Positions 35,537-44,577 of a DNA stretch of 64,000 bases are shown here, piece by piece. The stretch lies in assembly GCA_025928935.1 (NCBI GenBank), contig JAICNB010000003.1, positions 10,802-74,801 on the forward strand, in the 5' to 3' direction. Each line of letters opens with the position of its first letter. The first letter of the stretch is position 1. Below the pieces are notes generated by a model that saw nothing but the letters and a program-made list of their open reading frames with translations, had not been told where the DNA came from and did not search any database. A program made the position numbers and the translations under genes. This DNA comes from Acidimicrobiia bacterium (GTDB lineage: Bacteria > Actinomycetota > Acidimicrobiia > Spongiisociales > ZC4RG35).

Positions 35537-35983
35537 TCAGCTCAGGAGGTCTGCTTTGACCCTCGCCACATGTCCGGTGGCCTTGACGTTGCGGTAGGCC
35601 TTCTCCAACTGGCCTTCGGGACCGACGACGAAGGTGGAGCGGATCAGCCCCTCCATCTTCTTCCCGTACAGGGTCTTTTCGCCCCAGGCCCCCAGAGACG
35701 TGGCCAGCTCCTTGTCCTGATCGGAGAGCAGGTCGAAGTTGAGCCCCTCCTTATCCTTGAACTTGGCGTTCTTGGCCGGTGCGTCGGGACTGACACCGAT
35801 GACCTCGTATCCGGCCTCGGTGAACTCGTGGTAGCTGTCCCGGAAGTCACACGATTCCGTGGTGCATCCCGGCGTCATCGCCGCCGGGTAGAAGAACATG
35901 ACCAGGCGCTTGCCGGCGAAATCCTGGGAGCTGACCATCTCCCCGTCCTGATTGGGGAGGTTGAAGGTGACCGTCTCGGGCAT
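35537..35983 (-). CDS. bcp: thioredoxin-dependent thiol peroxidase (Bcp-type peroxiredoxin)
   Basis: Peroxidatic Cys context FFYPAAMTPGCTTESC and GVSPD. Confidence 0.9.
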   Translation of the reverse strand: MPETVTFNLPNQDGEMVSSQDFAGKRLVMFFYPAAMTPGCTTESCDFRDSYHEFTEAGYEVIGVSPDAPAKNAKFKDKEGLNFDLLSDQDKELATSLGAWGEKTLYGKKMEGLIRSTFVVGPEGQLEKAYRNVKATGHVARVKADLLS

Positions 35984-35997
35984 GGTCCGAGGCTACT

Positions 35998-36948
35998 TCA
36001 CCTCTGGCCTCTGTAATCCACCTCGGAAGCTGCCTTCGCCTCGGACGACCTGAGGAAAGTCATGCCGCCGGCGAAGAAGCTGAGCGCCGCCGGCAGCCAG
36101 TAGGAGATGATCCGGTAGATCAGAACCGGGGCGACCGTGGTCGCCGCCGGAAAGCCGTACGCACTCAGGATGAAGACGAGCCCTGCCTCCGTCACACCCA
36201 ACCCTCCCGGTGTTCCCGGGAGGCCCCCGGCGATCTGTGCCGCGCCGAACGCGGCCATGACCTGGAACACATTGACCTCCAGGCCGAAGGCAATCAGGAC
36301 GAGTCCCAGGGCGGTGGCCTCGAGGATCAGCCGGCACCAGATGTAGGTCTGCGACTCCGGGCCGGGCAGATGGTCGATGACCGTGTTGTCGAGGCGCTTG
36401 CGTACCCCTTTGGGGAGGAATCGGGAGAGGGAGCCGAGCTTTCCCGACCCGAACATGAGCACTACTCCGGCCAGAAGCACGAAAGGGGCCAGGACCGCGA
36501 GGCTGATCGAGAAGATCTGGGCCGAGTCTCGTGGCCGCGCCAGCAGCAGACCGACCCCGGCCATCATGAGAAGGCCCGCGTAGTTGAGGAGAACCGCGCG
36601 TACCGCTGCCCCGGTTGTGCCCGGCTCCTCGTTGCGAACGGTCCAACCCATGGCCACAGGGGTGATGGCCCCACCCGCCGGGATGAGCCGGGCCACTCCT
36701 GCCCCCACCAGGGCGGCCTTGAACGCGGAGAACGCCCGCAACGAGCCTCCCGCCTCCTCGACCGATTCCTTGTAGAGGAGCCCGTAGAACCAGCTTGCGG
36801 TGATCTGGGCGACGGCAGCCAACACGACCAGTCCCCAGGCATACGGGCTCATCTCGGGTAGGTCGAAGTTGTTGAGGATGAAGCCGGCGAAACCTGCGTA
36901 TAGGACGGCGGCAATGGCCGCGATCCATGCCACCCGCTTCGGGCTCAT
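35998..36948 (-). CDS. flippase-like membrane protein (lysyl-phosphatidylglycerol synthase TM-region / UPF0104 family)
   Basis: 316 aa and polytopic. ...GVARLIPAGGAITPV... and ...GGLPGTPGGLGVTEAGL... are typical of the family. The start overlaps the plsY stop by 4 nt. Confidence 0.65.
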   Translation of the reverse strand: MSPKRVAWIAAIAAVLYAGFAGFILNNFDLPEMSPYAWGLVVLAAVAQITASWFYGLLYKESVEEAGGSLRAFSAFKAALVGAGVARLIPAGGAITPVAMGWTVRNEEPGTTGAAVRAVLLNYAGLLMMAGVGLLLARPRDSAQIFSISLAVLAPFVLLAGVVLMFGSGKLGSLSRFLPKGVRKRLDNTVIDHLPGPESQTYIWCRLILEATALGLVLIAFGLEVNVFQVMAAFGAAQIAGGLPGTPGGLGVTEAGLVFILSAYGFPAATTVAPVLIYRIISYWLPAALSFFAGGMTFLRSSEAKAASEVDYRGQR

Positions 36949-37607
36949 GGGGTCAGGGGGTCGTCCGCACCTTGCGGGAACTCATCACCGGTGAGATCGG
37001 TGTCGAAGATGGCCCTTCTCATCGCGGGTCGCATGCCACGCTCGCTTTCGGGATTTCCCTGCATGCGGCGGGCCATGAGGACCATCGACAGGACCAGGAG
37101 CAGTATGGATTCGGTTGCCGGCCGCCCCATGGCCGTGGACACGATGGGGAGAAGGCCCCAGCCGAGGAACCCTGCCACCCCGCCACCGATCTTCCACCCG
37201 GCCAGCGACCAACCGGTCGTCCAGACGAGGAGAACCGGGTCGAGGGCGAGTAGGAGGCCCACCGATGTGGCCAGGCCACGCCCGGAGCGGCCCTTCATGA
37301 AGATCGACCAGTTGTGGCCCACGACGGCCATCAGACCCACCATTCCCGCCGCGCCCTTCCCGAAGCCCATGGCTTGGCTGATGAGCACCGGGAAGAGACC
37401 CTTCAGCCCGTCGAGGATCGCGGCGGCGGCCCCCCATGGCCAGCCGGCGACCCTGGTCAGATTGCCAGCGCCGACGTTGCCGCTGCCGACCTGACGGAGA
37501 TCCAGTCCACGGACGCGGCCCAGGACCTGGGCGAAGGGAATCGACCCCAGGAGATACGCCCCGACCAGCAGAAGGGGCCAGTAGAGGACCCACGGTGAAT
37601 CTGGCAT
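36945..37607 (-). CDS. plsY: glycerol-3-phosphate acyltransferase PlsY
   Basis: YLLGSIPFAQVLGR...GSGNVGAGN and LDGLKG motifs. Confidence 0.9.
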   Translation of the reverse strand: MPDSPWVLYWPLLLVGAYLLGSIPFAQVLGRVRGLDLRQVGSGNVGAGNLTRVAGWPWGAAAAILDGLKGLFPVLISQAMGFGKGAAGMVGLMAVVGHNWSIFMKGRSGRGLATSVGLLLALDPVLLVWTTGWSLAGWKIGGGVAGFLGWGLLPIVSTAMGRPATESILLLVLSMVLMARRMQGNPESERGMRPAMRRAIFDTDLTGDEFPQGADDPLTP

Positions 37608-37720
37608 ATGCCCCCGTGACGCTAGCGAGCCTCGGTTCGCTCCGGTAGCTGCCGAGGCTGGGTCCGCCGGTCAACGGTTGGTTATCGTCGGGTGGTCTAC
37701 CAGCACTCAGCGAGGATGCG

Positions 37721-39280
37721 ATGGCAATGAAGATCACCTACGCCACGATGTCGACCGACAACGAGGAGATGAACCAGGCCTACGAACAGGCTCTGGAGAA
37801 AATGAAGCCCCGCCTCGGCGAGCAGCACGGGGTCATCGTCGATGGTGAGCATCGCACCGAGCGCGAGATCTTCGAGGAAGTCTCACCAATCGACTCGGGG
37901 ATGGTGATCGGTCGTTACGCCCAGGCGACGACGGGTGACGTGGACGACGCGGTAAGGGCGGCCAAGGCATTCTCCCCCGAATGGGAGGCGTGGGGGTGGG
38001 AGCGACGTCGAGATCTCATGCTCGCCGCAGCCGACCACATGGACACACAGCTCTTCGAGCTGGGAGCCCTGCTCTCCTACGAAGTCGGGAAGAACAGGCT
38101 CGAGGCGCTCGGGGACGTCGCCGAGACGGTGGAGTTCCTCCGCTACTACGCCCGCCAGATCACCGAGCACGACGGGTTCGTGACCCCGCTCAGCTCACAC
38201 GGGGCGACCGACGCAAACATGTCCGTGCTTCGGCCGTTCGGGGTCTGGGCCGTGATCTCGCCGTTCAACTTCCCCATGGCCCTGGCCGGAGGCCCTTCGA
38301 TCGGGGCTCTCCTCACCGGGAACACGGTGGTGATCAAGCCGTCGAACCAGGGAGCCCTCATGGCGCTCGAGTTCCATCGCGTGATGACCGAGGCAGGCCT
38401 CCCCACCGCCGCACTCCACGTCGTGACCGGGGGCGACGAGATCGGTGACTATCTGGCTCATCATCCCGACGTGGACGGCCTCACCTTCACCGGGTCCTAC
38501 CCGGTCGGCATGCACCTGTATCGAACGGTCAACGAGAAGAGACCCAAGCCCGTCGTGTGTGAGATGGGCGGCAAGAACCCCGTCGTAGTGACCGCGTCCG
38601 CCGACCTCGACGTGGCTGCTCAGGGGATCGCCCGGGGCGCCTTCGGTCTCAGCGGGCAGAAGTGCAGTGCGACATCTCGTGTCTACGTCGAGGACGACGT
38701 ATACGACCAGTTGGTGGAAAAGCTCGTCGATGTCACCGAGTCGATCCGCGTCGGCAACCCGCTCGATCAAGAGACCTACATGGGCCCCGTGGTCGACGAA
38801 GCGGCGGTCGACCGGTTCCAGAAGGCGGTCGACGAGGTCAAGAACAGCGGCGGGCAGGTGTACGCGGGTGGCCATGTCCTGACCGACGGCGACATGGCGA
38901 AGGGCACGTTCGTCGAACCCACCGTCGTCAGCGCCCCGCTCGACTCTTGGGTGTGGACCGAGGAGCTGTTCGTGCCCCTGGTGGCGGTCACCAAGGTGCG
39001 ATCACTCGAGGAAGGGCTTGCCCTGTCGAATGACACCGAGTTCGGCCTGACCGCCGGTCTCTTCAGCGGTGACGAAGAGGAGATCGACCAATGGTTCCGG
39101 GAGATCCAGGCCGGGGTCACCTATGTCAACCGCGCCGCCGGGGCCACCACCGGCGCCTGGCCGGACATCAATCCCTTTGGCGGCTGGAAAGGGTCAGGGA
39201 CCTCGGGGACCGGCGGCGGAGGCCCGTGGTACCTCCGCCAATACCTCCGCGAGCAGTCGCGCACAGTCATCAAGAGCTGA
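37721..39280 (+). CDS. aldehyde dehydrogenase family (likely L-glutamate gamma-semialdehyde / P5C dehydrogenase)
   Basis: 519 aa with VISPFNFP, EMGGKNP and GQKCSATSR (catalytic Cys). The N-terminal pattern resembles PruA/RocA-type enzymes. Confidence 0.8.
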   Translation: MAMKITYATMSTDNEEMNQAYEQALEKMKPRLGEQHGVIVDGEHRTEREIFEEVSPIDSGMVIGRYAQATTGDVDDAVRAAKAFSPEWEAWGWERRRDLMLAAADHMDTQLFELGALLSYEVGKNRLEALGDVAETVEFLRYYARQITEHDGFVTPLSSHGATDANMSVLRPFGVWAVISPFNFPMALAGGPSIGALLTGNTVVIKPSNQGALMALEFHRVMTEAGLPTAALHVVTGGDEIGDYLAHHPDVDGLTFTGSYPVGMHLYRTVNEKRPKPVVCEMGGKNPVVVTASADLDVAAQGIARGAFGLSGQKCSATSRVYVEDDVYDQLVEKLVDVTESIRVGNPLDQETYMGPVVDEAAVDRFQKAVDEVKNSGGQVYAGGHVLTDGDMAKGTFVEPTVVSAPLDSWVWTEELFVPLVAVTKVRSLEEGLALSNDTEFGLTAGLFSGDEEEIDQWFREIQAGVTYVNRAAGATTGAWPDINPFGGWKGSGTSGTGGGGPWYLRQYLREQSRTVIKS

Positions 39281-39302
39281 GGCTGCCCCTCGGCCGAACT
39301 CG

Positions 39303-39349
39303 TTCTGTGCGGATTCGCGCGGCAGGAAGCGCGGTAGACCCGCACAGAA
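39303..39349. terminator. compound stem-loop between convergent genes
   Basis: 10-bp outer stem TTCTGTGCGG / CCGCACAGAA enclosing an inner CGCGC...GCGCG hairpin. Confidence 0.65.
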
Positions 39350-39355
39350 AGTGCT

Positions 39356-40429
39356 CTAGCCCTGCTCGAATCGCAGCTTGAGCCCGTCGGGGTCGACGGT
39401 CTCGAGGAGATTGTCGCCGGCCGTCATCTCGACATCGAGGCTGGAGAGGTGCTGTCCCCATCGCTCCAGGTCGTCCACGACGAAGGTGAGGGCGGCCGGC
39501 CGGACCTCGCCTTCGATCAGCTCGATCCTCTGACCCTTGGCGGATTCGATCACCTCAGCCACCACCCCGCGTTTCGGGGTCCGTACGTGGTTGAAGCCGA
39601 GACGTCCGTAGAAGTCCAGTGACTCCCGCAGTGAGGTGACTCCAACACTGACAGTGGTGGCCACGACCCCACCGGGGGCACGAACAGGGCCCCCGCCCGC
39701 CAGGACCTGTTTCGCCTCTTCGATGCTGAACCGCCCGGCGGTCACCTCACGGCCGACGATCACGCCCTCGAGGATTCGCCCGGCCGCCTCCAGCCGGAGA
39801 AGGTCACGAAGGTCGTCCAGGTTCCTGACGCCACCTGCGGCGATGACCGGCTGCTCGACCGTGGCCAGGGCCTCGGCCATGATGTGATAGTTGGGTGGGT
39901 CTTCCAGGGCGTCGCGACCCGCCTCGGAGATGAGGAATGCGACCACCCCCGCCGAGGACATCTCGATGAGCACCTCCTCGAGATAGCGCCCGCTGTTCTG
40001 GGTCCAGCCCTTGGTCACGATCTCCTCGTCGGAGCGAACGTCGATGGAAACCGCGATCTTGTCCGGGCTCTCCCGGCACAGATCCCAGACCATGTTCTGG
40101 TTCTCGATGGCGGCCGTGCCCATGACGATGCGCCAGGCGCCCTGCTGGATCAGGCGCTGGGCCTCGCCCTCGGAGCGAACACCGCCCGCCACCTGCACCG
40201 GCACCGGGACCTCGGTGATGAGCCGGTCGATCAAGTCCCGATTTCGATAGTCACCGTAGGCGGCCGCATCGAGGTCGACGATGTGCATGTAGTCCACGCC
40301 CTGTTCCGCCCAGTGCCGGGCTCGTTGAATCGGGTCGTTGTCGAGGGCGATTGCGTCGTCGAGCCTTCCCCGGGGGAGTCGGACCGATAGACCTCCAAGG
40401 ATGTTGACCCGTGCGTAGAGGTCCATCAC
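39356..40429 (-). CDS. HisA/HisF-like (beta/alpha)8 barrel fused to a C-terminal VOC/glyoxalase domain
   Basis: Residues 1-~245 align with HisA (VQVAGGVRS, AVSIDVR..TKGW, IAAGGVRN, VIVGRE). Residues ~260-357 (VGVTSLRESLDFYGRLGF...VDPDGLKLRF) look VOC-like. Residue 9 is Asn where HisA has the catalytic Asp. Confidence 0.7.
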   Translation of the reverse strand: MMDLYARVNILGGLSVRLPRGRLDDAIALDNDPIQRARHWAEQGVDYMHIVDLDAAAYGDYRNRDLIDRLITEVPVPVQVAGGVRSEGEAQRLIQQGAWRIVMGTAAIENQNMVWDLCRESPDKIAVSIDVRSDEEIVTKGWTQNSGRYLEEVLIEMSSAGVVAFLISEAGRDALEDPPNYHIMAEALATVEQPVIAAGGVRNLDDLRDLLRLEAAGRILEGVIVGREVTAGRFSIEEAKQVLAGGGPVRAPGGVVATTVSVGVTSLRESLDFYGRLGFNHVRTPKRGVVAEVIESAKGQRIELIEGEVRPAALTFVVDDLERWGQHLSSLDVEMTAGDNLLETVDPDGLKLRFEQG

Positions 40430-40506
40430 AGGAACCTAGCAAGGCCACCGCCGGCATTCTCTATGTAGTACGTCACGAAAGCGTGACGCCATGGGTGAGG
40501 AATGCG

Positions 40507-42360
40507 TCATTCCCCGTTGATTCCCAGAGCCTCTTCGGCGGCATCGAGGGTCTGTCCCCCGGCGACCACGGGGGCGAAGAGGTCGCCATAGCGTTGGAGG
40601 CGATCCCAGAGGTCGACGACGGTCACGTCCCCGTTGGCCACCTCCCCGACTTCGGACCAGGTGAGCGGCGCCGAGACCGGGGCCCCGGGTCGAGGACGCA
40701 CCGAATAGGCGGAGGCCACGGTCTGCCCCGACGCATTCCGGTTGTGGTCGACGAACACCTTGCCCTTCCGCTTCGGCTTGTCCCATTCCATGGTCAGGTC
40801 GGCCGGGTTGGCCGCAGCGAGGTAGTTGCCCACCTCCCCCACGAAACGTCGAACCCGGGCGTAGTCATGCACCGGGTCGAGGGGGACATAGACATGAAGC
40901 CCCCGTGAGCCGGACAATTTGGGGTACCCGGAGAGCCCTAGCTGCCTCAAGGCCACTTCGAGCAGATGTGCCCCTGCTACCACCTGATCCCAGGTCGAGC
41001 CCTCGGCCGGGTCGAAGTCGAAGATGGCGTAATCGGGGTATTCCAGCCTCCCCTCCCTGGAGTGGAAGGGATGGGTCTCGATGCACCCCATGTTGGCGAA
41101 CCACATCAAGGCTTCGATGCTGTCGGCGACCAGGAAGTCGATGATCCCGCCCTGGCTGTCCGAGACGACGGGCGTCGTGCGCATCCATTCCGGCTGATGA
41201 CCCGGGGCCCGCTTCTCGTAGAAGGAGGGGCCGTCTATCCCCTCCGGGTACCTGCTCATCGAGATGGGCCGTCCCTGGAGATGCGGCAGCAGGACGGGAG
41301 CAACGGACGCGTAGTACTGGATGACATCTCCCTTGGTCAACCCCTCGCCGGGGAAGTAGACCTTGTCCAGGTTGGTGAGGCGGAGAGGGCGATCCAGCCC
41401 GACCGGTCTGAAGCCGTCGCCTTCCTTGACGGCTGTCAGCGGAGTGGGGAACGGCGCGTCGACGCTGGCAAGGGGCCTACCCGCAGTGTCATTGCCGGAT
41501 TCGGCTTCGATGCGTGCCCGCGCCTCCTCCCAGATCCGGTCGTGGCTCTCCAGGTCGCGGGCCTCCGATATGAGGATCATCGAGACTCCGGCCGCGCCGG
41601 CCGCCTCGATCAGGGGGCCGACCCGCAGGGTCCCTTCGCCATAGGCGATGTGCCTGATCTCACCACCCGCGCCAAACTCGTTGTCGGAGAACTGGGTCTG
41701 CAGTGGGGCGATCATCCAGCCGGGGAACTGGCCCTGGATGAACGAGAACACCGAAGCGAATGCCTCCTTCGTGGTCAGCCCACCTCCGGTCATGGCGTGG
41801 ACATGAGCCCAGTCGACCACAGGTCGAACGAAGGAGTATTCCGAAGCCAGCTGTGCGATGTCGCCCAGGCTGCCAAACGACCTGTTGTTGCCCGCGGTCT
41901 CCAATCCCATCCCGACGCCGAGCGACTCGACCTTGGAGGTCACCGCGTCGAGCCGGGATCGGATCCGGTCCATCAGGACTTCGGGCTCCTCCGAGTAGTT
42001 GGAGCCGAAATGGGCCACGATCACCGGGGCGCCCAAGGCATCGCCTAGCTTCATGGTGTGCTCGAGGGCGGCCAGCGACTGTCGCCCCCGATCCTCCTCG
42101 GGGAGGGTCAGCCCAGCGAAGTACGGGGCGTGCACCGACAGGCGGAGGTCCCGCTCGGCGGCGAGCCGGCCAAACGCCTCACACCGCTTCTCCTTCCAGG
42201 GGAAGCCCTCTACGAAGGGCAGCTCCAGGGCGCGATGCCCCTTCGCCACCAGCCCGTCCAGGAACTCCTCGTCTGTCACCCCGTCGGGCGGGAGCCCGGA
42301 TATCCCGAAGCGGATGCTGCTCACGTCATCGACGGTATCTGAACCCGGGGTTGACAGCAC
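40507..42360 (-). CDS. fusion protein: endonuclease IV-like (AP endonuclease 2 TIM barrel) domain + LigD-type primase-polymerase domain
   Basis: The N-terminal half matches Nfo metal-site blocks (HAPYFAGL, VAHFGS, GLETAGN, VDWAHVHA, RHIAYGEG, LISEA). The C-terminal half matches LigD PolDom (LTNLDKVYFP, DFDP, SGSRGLHVYVP, KVFVDHNRNASGQT, YSVRP). Confidence 0.8.
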   Translation of the reverse strand: MLSTPGSDTVDDVSSIRFGISGLPPDGVTDEEFLDGLVAKGHRALELPFVEGFPWKEKRCEAFGRLAAERDLRLSVHAPYFAGLTLPEEDRGRQSLAALEHTMKLGDALGAPVIVAHFGSNYSEEPEVLMDRIRSRLDAVTSKVESLGVGMGLETAGNNRSFGSLGDIAQLASEYSFVRPVVDWAHVHAMTGGGLTTKEAFASVFSFIQGQFPGWMIAPLQTQFSDNEFGAGGEIRHIAYGEGTLRVGPLIEAAGAAGVSMILISEARDLESHDRIWEEARARIEAESGNDTAGRPLASVDAPFPTPLTAVKEGDGFRPVGLDRPLRLTNLDKVYFPGEGLTKGDVIQYYASVAPVLLPHLQGRPISMSRYPEGIDGPSFYEKRAPGHQPEWMRTTPVVSDSQGGIIDFLVADSIEALMWFANMGCIETHPFHSREGRLEYPDYAIFDFDPAEGSTWDQVVAGAHLLEVALRQLGLSGYPKLSGSRGLHVYVPLDPVHDYARVRRFVGEVGNYLAAANPADLTMEWDKPKRKGKVFVDHNRNASGQTVASAYSVRPRPGAPVSAPLTWSEVGEVANGDVTVVDLWDRLQRYGDLFAPVVAGGQTLDAAEEALGINGE

Positions 42361-42417
42361 CGCTGAGCGAAGTATGGCTCCCTCGGTTCGGAGGCCCCAC
42401 AGACGTATGCTGTCGTC

Positions 42418-43527
42418 ATGACCCTGAGCCGCCGCAGGACGGCCGTGCTGTCCCTGGCCCTGGTCGCTGCCCTCGGCGCCTGTCGGTCTGACGCCGAGTC
42501 GACGACCACCACGTCCACGATCCCAGCCACGACAACCACCGTCGCCGCCACCACCACTAGCGAGTCGGAGACCGGCAGCACCACCTCGTCGCCGGGCACT
42601 ACCGCCGCGCCGGCGCCGGAGGAGACCGTCCAGGTGCTCCTGGCCCCGTTCTCGGAGTTGGGGCCGGAATGGGCCGAGCAGATGTTCCCCTACGGCGATG
42701 GCGAGGAATCCCTGGGCACCTCACCGGGTGGAGAGGGGCTGATGTTGGGCCCGGAGTACGGGACCCAGACCCCCGACGGGACCTGGTGGTTTCTCGACGC
42801 CGCCAACCTCCGGATCGCCCACTTCGGCGAGGACGGCACATATCTGGACCAAGTGGTATTGCCAGAGGAGGTCCTCGTCGACGGTCAGTTCTTCCAATTC
42901 CAGATGCCACAGGGCCTCGACGATGGCTCGGTGGTGGCCTCGGGGTTGCGCAGCGAGGATGCGATGGCGCTGATGCAGGTGGTCGATGGCGTCGCGTCAC
43001 AGACCCTGTTCGCCGGCGCCATCCCGCTGGTGACCACGGACGGAGAGCTCCTCTATGGCTTCAGCCTGGAGGACCAGGCGCCACGAGCCCTCGCCCCTGG
43101 AGACCAGGTACCGGAGGTGGTCGAGTTCTTCCGGGCCCGCGACGGCAGCAACTACATGGTGCGTATAGTGGAAGACCAGGTGATCGTGGCGCTACCCGAC
43201 CCGGGGTTGGTCCGAATCCTCCAGATGAGGTTCTCGGAGGACCCCGAAGTCCCGGTGAGGGCGGGTATCGAGGTCGAGACCGGCACCGACGGCACCTTGT
43301 TCATCCTCTTCTACGGAGCCCCGGAATCGGATGAGACGCTCGGTGTGGGTGGCTTCGTGACGGTGAGCCCGGACGGCACCGTGAGCGAGGCCCACCCCAT
43401 CGTCGACCCGTTCAGTCTCTCGGACCCGGGCAGCCCATCCCATCTGGGGGTCACGCCAGGCACTGCGACCCCATGGATCATGGTGGTGGGTGAGGACGGG
43501 GTGCACGTCTTCACCAGGAGCGGCTAG
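42418..43527 (+). CDS. secreted lipoprotein, unknown function
   Basis: Lipobox LVAALGAC, a long Thr/Ser-rich linker, then a ~280-aa region of beta-rich appearance with no recognised motif. Confidence 0.6.
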   Translation: MTLSRRRTAVLSLALVAALGACRSDAESTTTTSTIPATTTTVAATTTSESETGSTTSSPGTTAAPAPEETVQVLLAPFSELGPEWAEQMFPYGDGEESLGTSPGGEGLMLGPEYGTQTPDGTWWFLDAANLRIAHFGEDGTYLDQVVLPEEVLVDGQFFQFQMPQGLDDGSVVASGLRSEDAMALMQVVDGVASQTLFAGAIPLVTTDGELLYGFSLEDQAPRALAPGDQVPEVVEFFRARDGSNYMVRIVEDQVIVALPDPGLVRILQMRFSEDPEVPVRAGIEVETGTDGTLFILFYGAPESDETLGVGGFVTVSPDGTVSEAHPIVDPFSLSDPGSPSHLGVTPGTATPWIMVVGEDGVHVFTRSG

Positions 43528-43979
43528 CCCTCTTCACGGGCGGACCGGCCGATCTCGTCGAGTGCGTCCGCCGTGGCGCCCGCTCTTTCCGGTCCAAGGG
43601 TCTCGAACACAGCCCTCCGCACCAATTCGAGGTGGCCCATCGAGGCATCCTCCACCACCCGAAGACCGAGATCGGTGAGCGATGCGTCTGTGCCGCGGCG
43701 ATCGATGGTGCTCGGACGACGGTCGATCCACCCCGCTTCCTCCATCCGGCTCACGGCATGGGACAAACGGCTGGTGGAGAACCCGACCCCTCGGGCCAGC
43801 GCGGTCATGCGAAGGGTCCGTTTCGGGGCGCGATGGAGCTGGCTGAGGATCTGATAGTCGTCGTGTGACATCCCGGCCTGGTCGCGTAGTTGCCGGTCCA
43901 ATTCGTTGAGCAGCGCCTTGATGCCCCAAATCATGCGGATCCAGGTTCTCAACTCGGCCCTGCCCAGTGGCGTCGTCAT
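43524..43979 (-). CDS. MarR family transcriptional regulator
   Basis: Winged-HTH pattern YQILSQLHRAP..LRMTALARGVGFSTSRLSHAVSRMEEAGWIDRRPSTIDRRG. ATG 43979 is chosen as start. Confidence 0.85.
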   Translation of the reverse strand: MTTPLGRAELRTWIRMIWGIKALLNELDRQLRDQAGMSHDDYQILSQLHRAPKRTLRMTALARGVGFSTSRLSHAVSRMEEAGWIDRRPSTIDRRGTDASLTDLGLRVVEDASMGHLELVRRAVFETLGPERAGATADALDEIGRSAREEG

Positions 43980-44051
43980 GGACCCGAATGTTAGTGGAAT
44001 AATTGAATCTTCAACGACATTGACTGAAGGAAGTTCGACAAAGGAGCAGGA

Positions 44052-44567
44052 GTGCCAATCCACCGTCTCAATCACGCAGTTCTGTACGTCCGGGATGCAG
44101 AGCAGTCAGCTCGTTTCTACGAGGATGTCCTCGGCTTTCGCAGGATCCCGTTGCCATTCCCCGGAGCCGTGTTCATGCAGGCCGCGGGCTCGAGCAACGA
44201 CCATGACCTCGGTCTCTTCTCGATCGGAGCCGGCGCCGCCGCGTCGCCCGCCGGCCGCCAGGCGGTTGGCCTCTATCACCTGGCCTGGGAGGTGGACACC
44301 CTGCCTGAGCTGGCAGCGATCCGCGATCGGCTTGCCGCCGAGGGCGCTCTGACAGGGGCCACCGACCATGGCACCACAAAGGCCCTGTATGGACGGGACC
44401 CCGACGGCCTCGAGTTCGAGGTCTCCTGGTTGGTGCCGGCCGACCTGATCACCGAAGACACAGTGATGACGTCCAAGAGGCTCGACCTCGATGCAGAGAT
44501 CGAGCGCTTCGGAGCCAACACCCTCAGCGGCATCGGAGTGAGCCGGGTTCGCCCGGTGAACGCCTAG
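44052..44567 (+). CDS. VOC family protein (glyoxalase / extradiol dioxygenase fold)
   Basis: LNHAVLYVRDAEQSARFYEDVLGF...HLAWEV...DPDGLEFEV. GTG 44052 has AAGGAG 5 nt upstream. The gene is divergent from the MarR gene. Confidence 0.8.
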   Translation: MPIHRLNHAVLYVRDAEQSARFYEDVLGFRRIPLPFPGAVFMQAAGSSNDHDLGLFSIGAGAAASPAGRQAVGLYHLAWEVDTLPELAAIRDRLAAEGALTGATDHGTTKALYGRDPDGLEFEVSWLVPADLITEDTVMTSKRLDLDAEIERFGANTLSGIGVSRVRPVNA

Positions 44568-44577
44568 GAGTCAGCGA

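Noticed and set aside
40507-42360. A complete NHEJ locus (Ku plus ligase) around the PolDom fusion.
   Set aside because: The flanking genes are a HisA-like fusion and a lipoprotein. No Ku or ATP-dependent ligase motifs were seen in any frame of the window.
43980-44051. AT-richer MarR/VOC divergent intergenic region with short inverted repeats (CTTCA...TGAAG, TCAACGACATTGA) as a MarR operator.
   Set aside because: It is plausible, but the arms are only 4-5 bp and overlap each other. That is too weak to call as a feature without comparative data.
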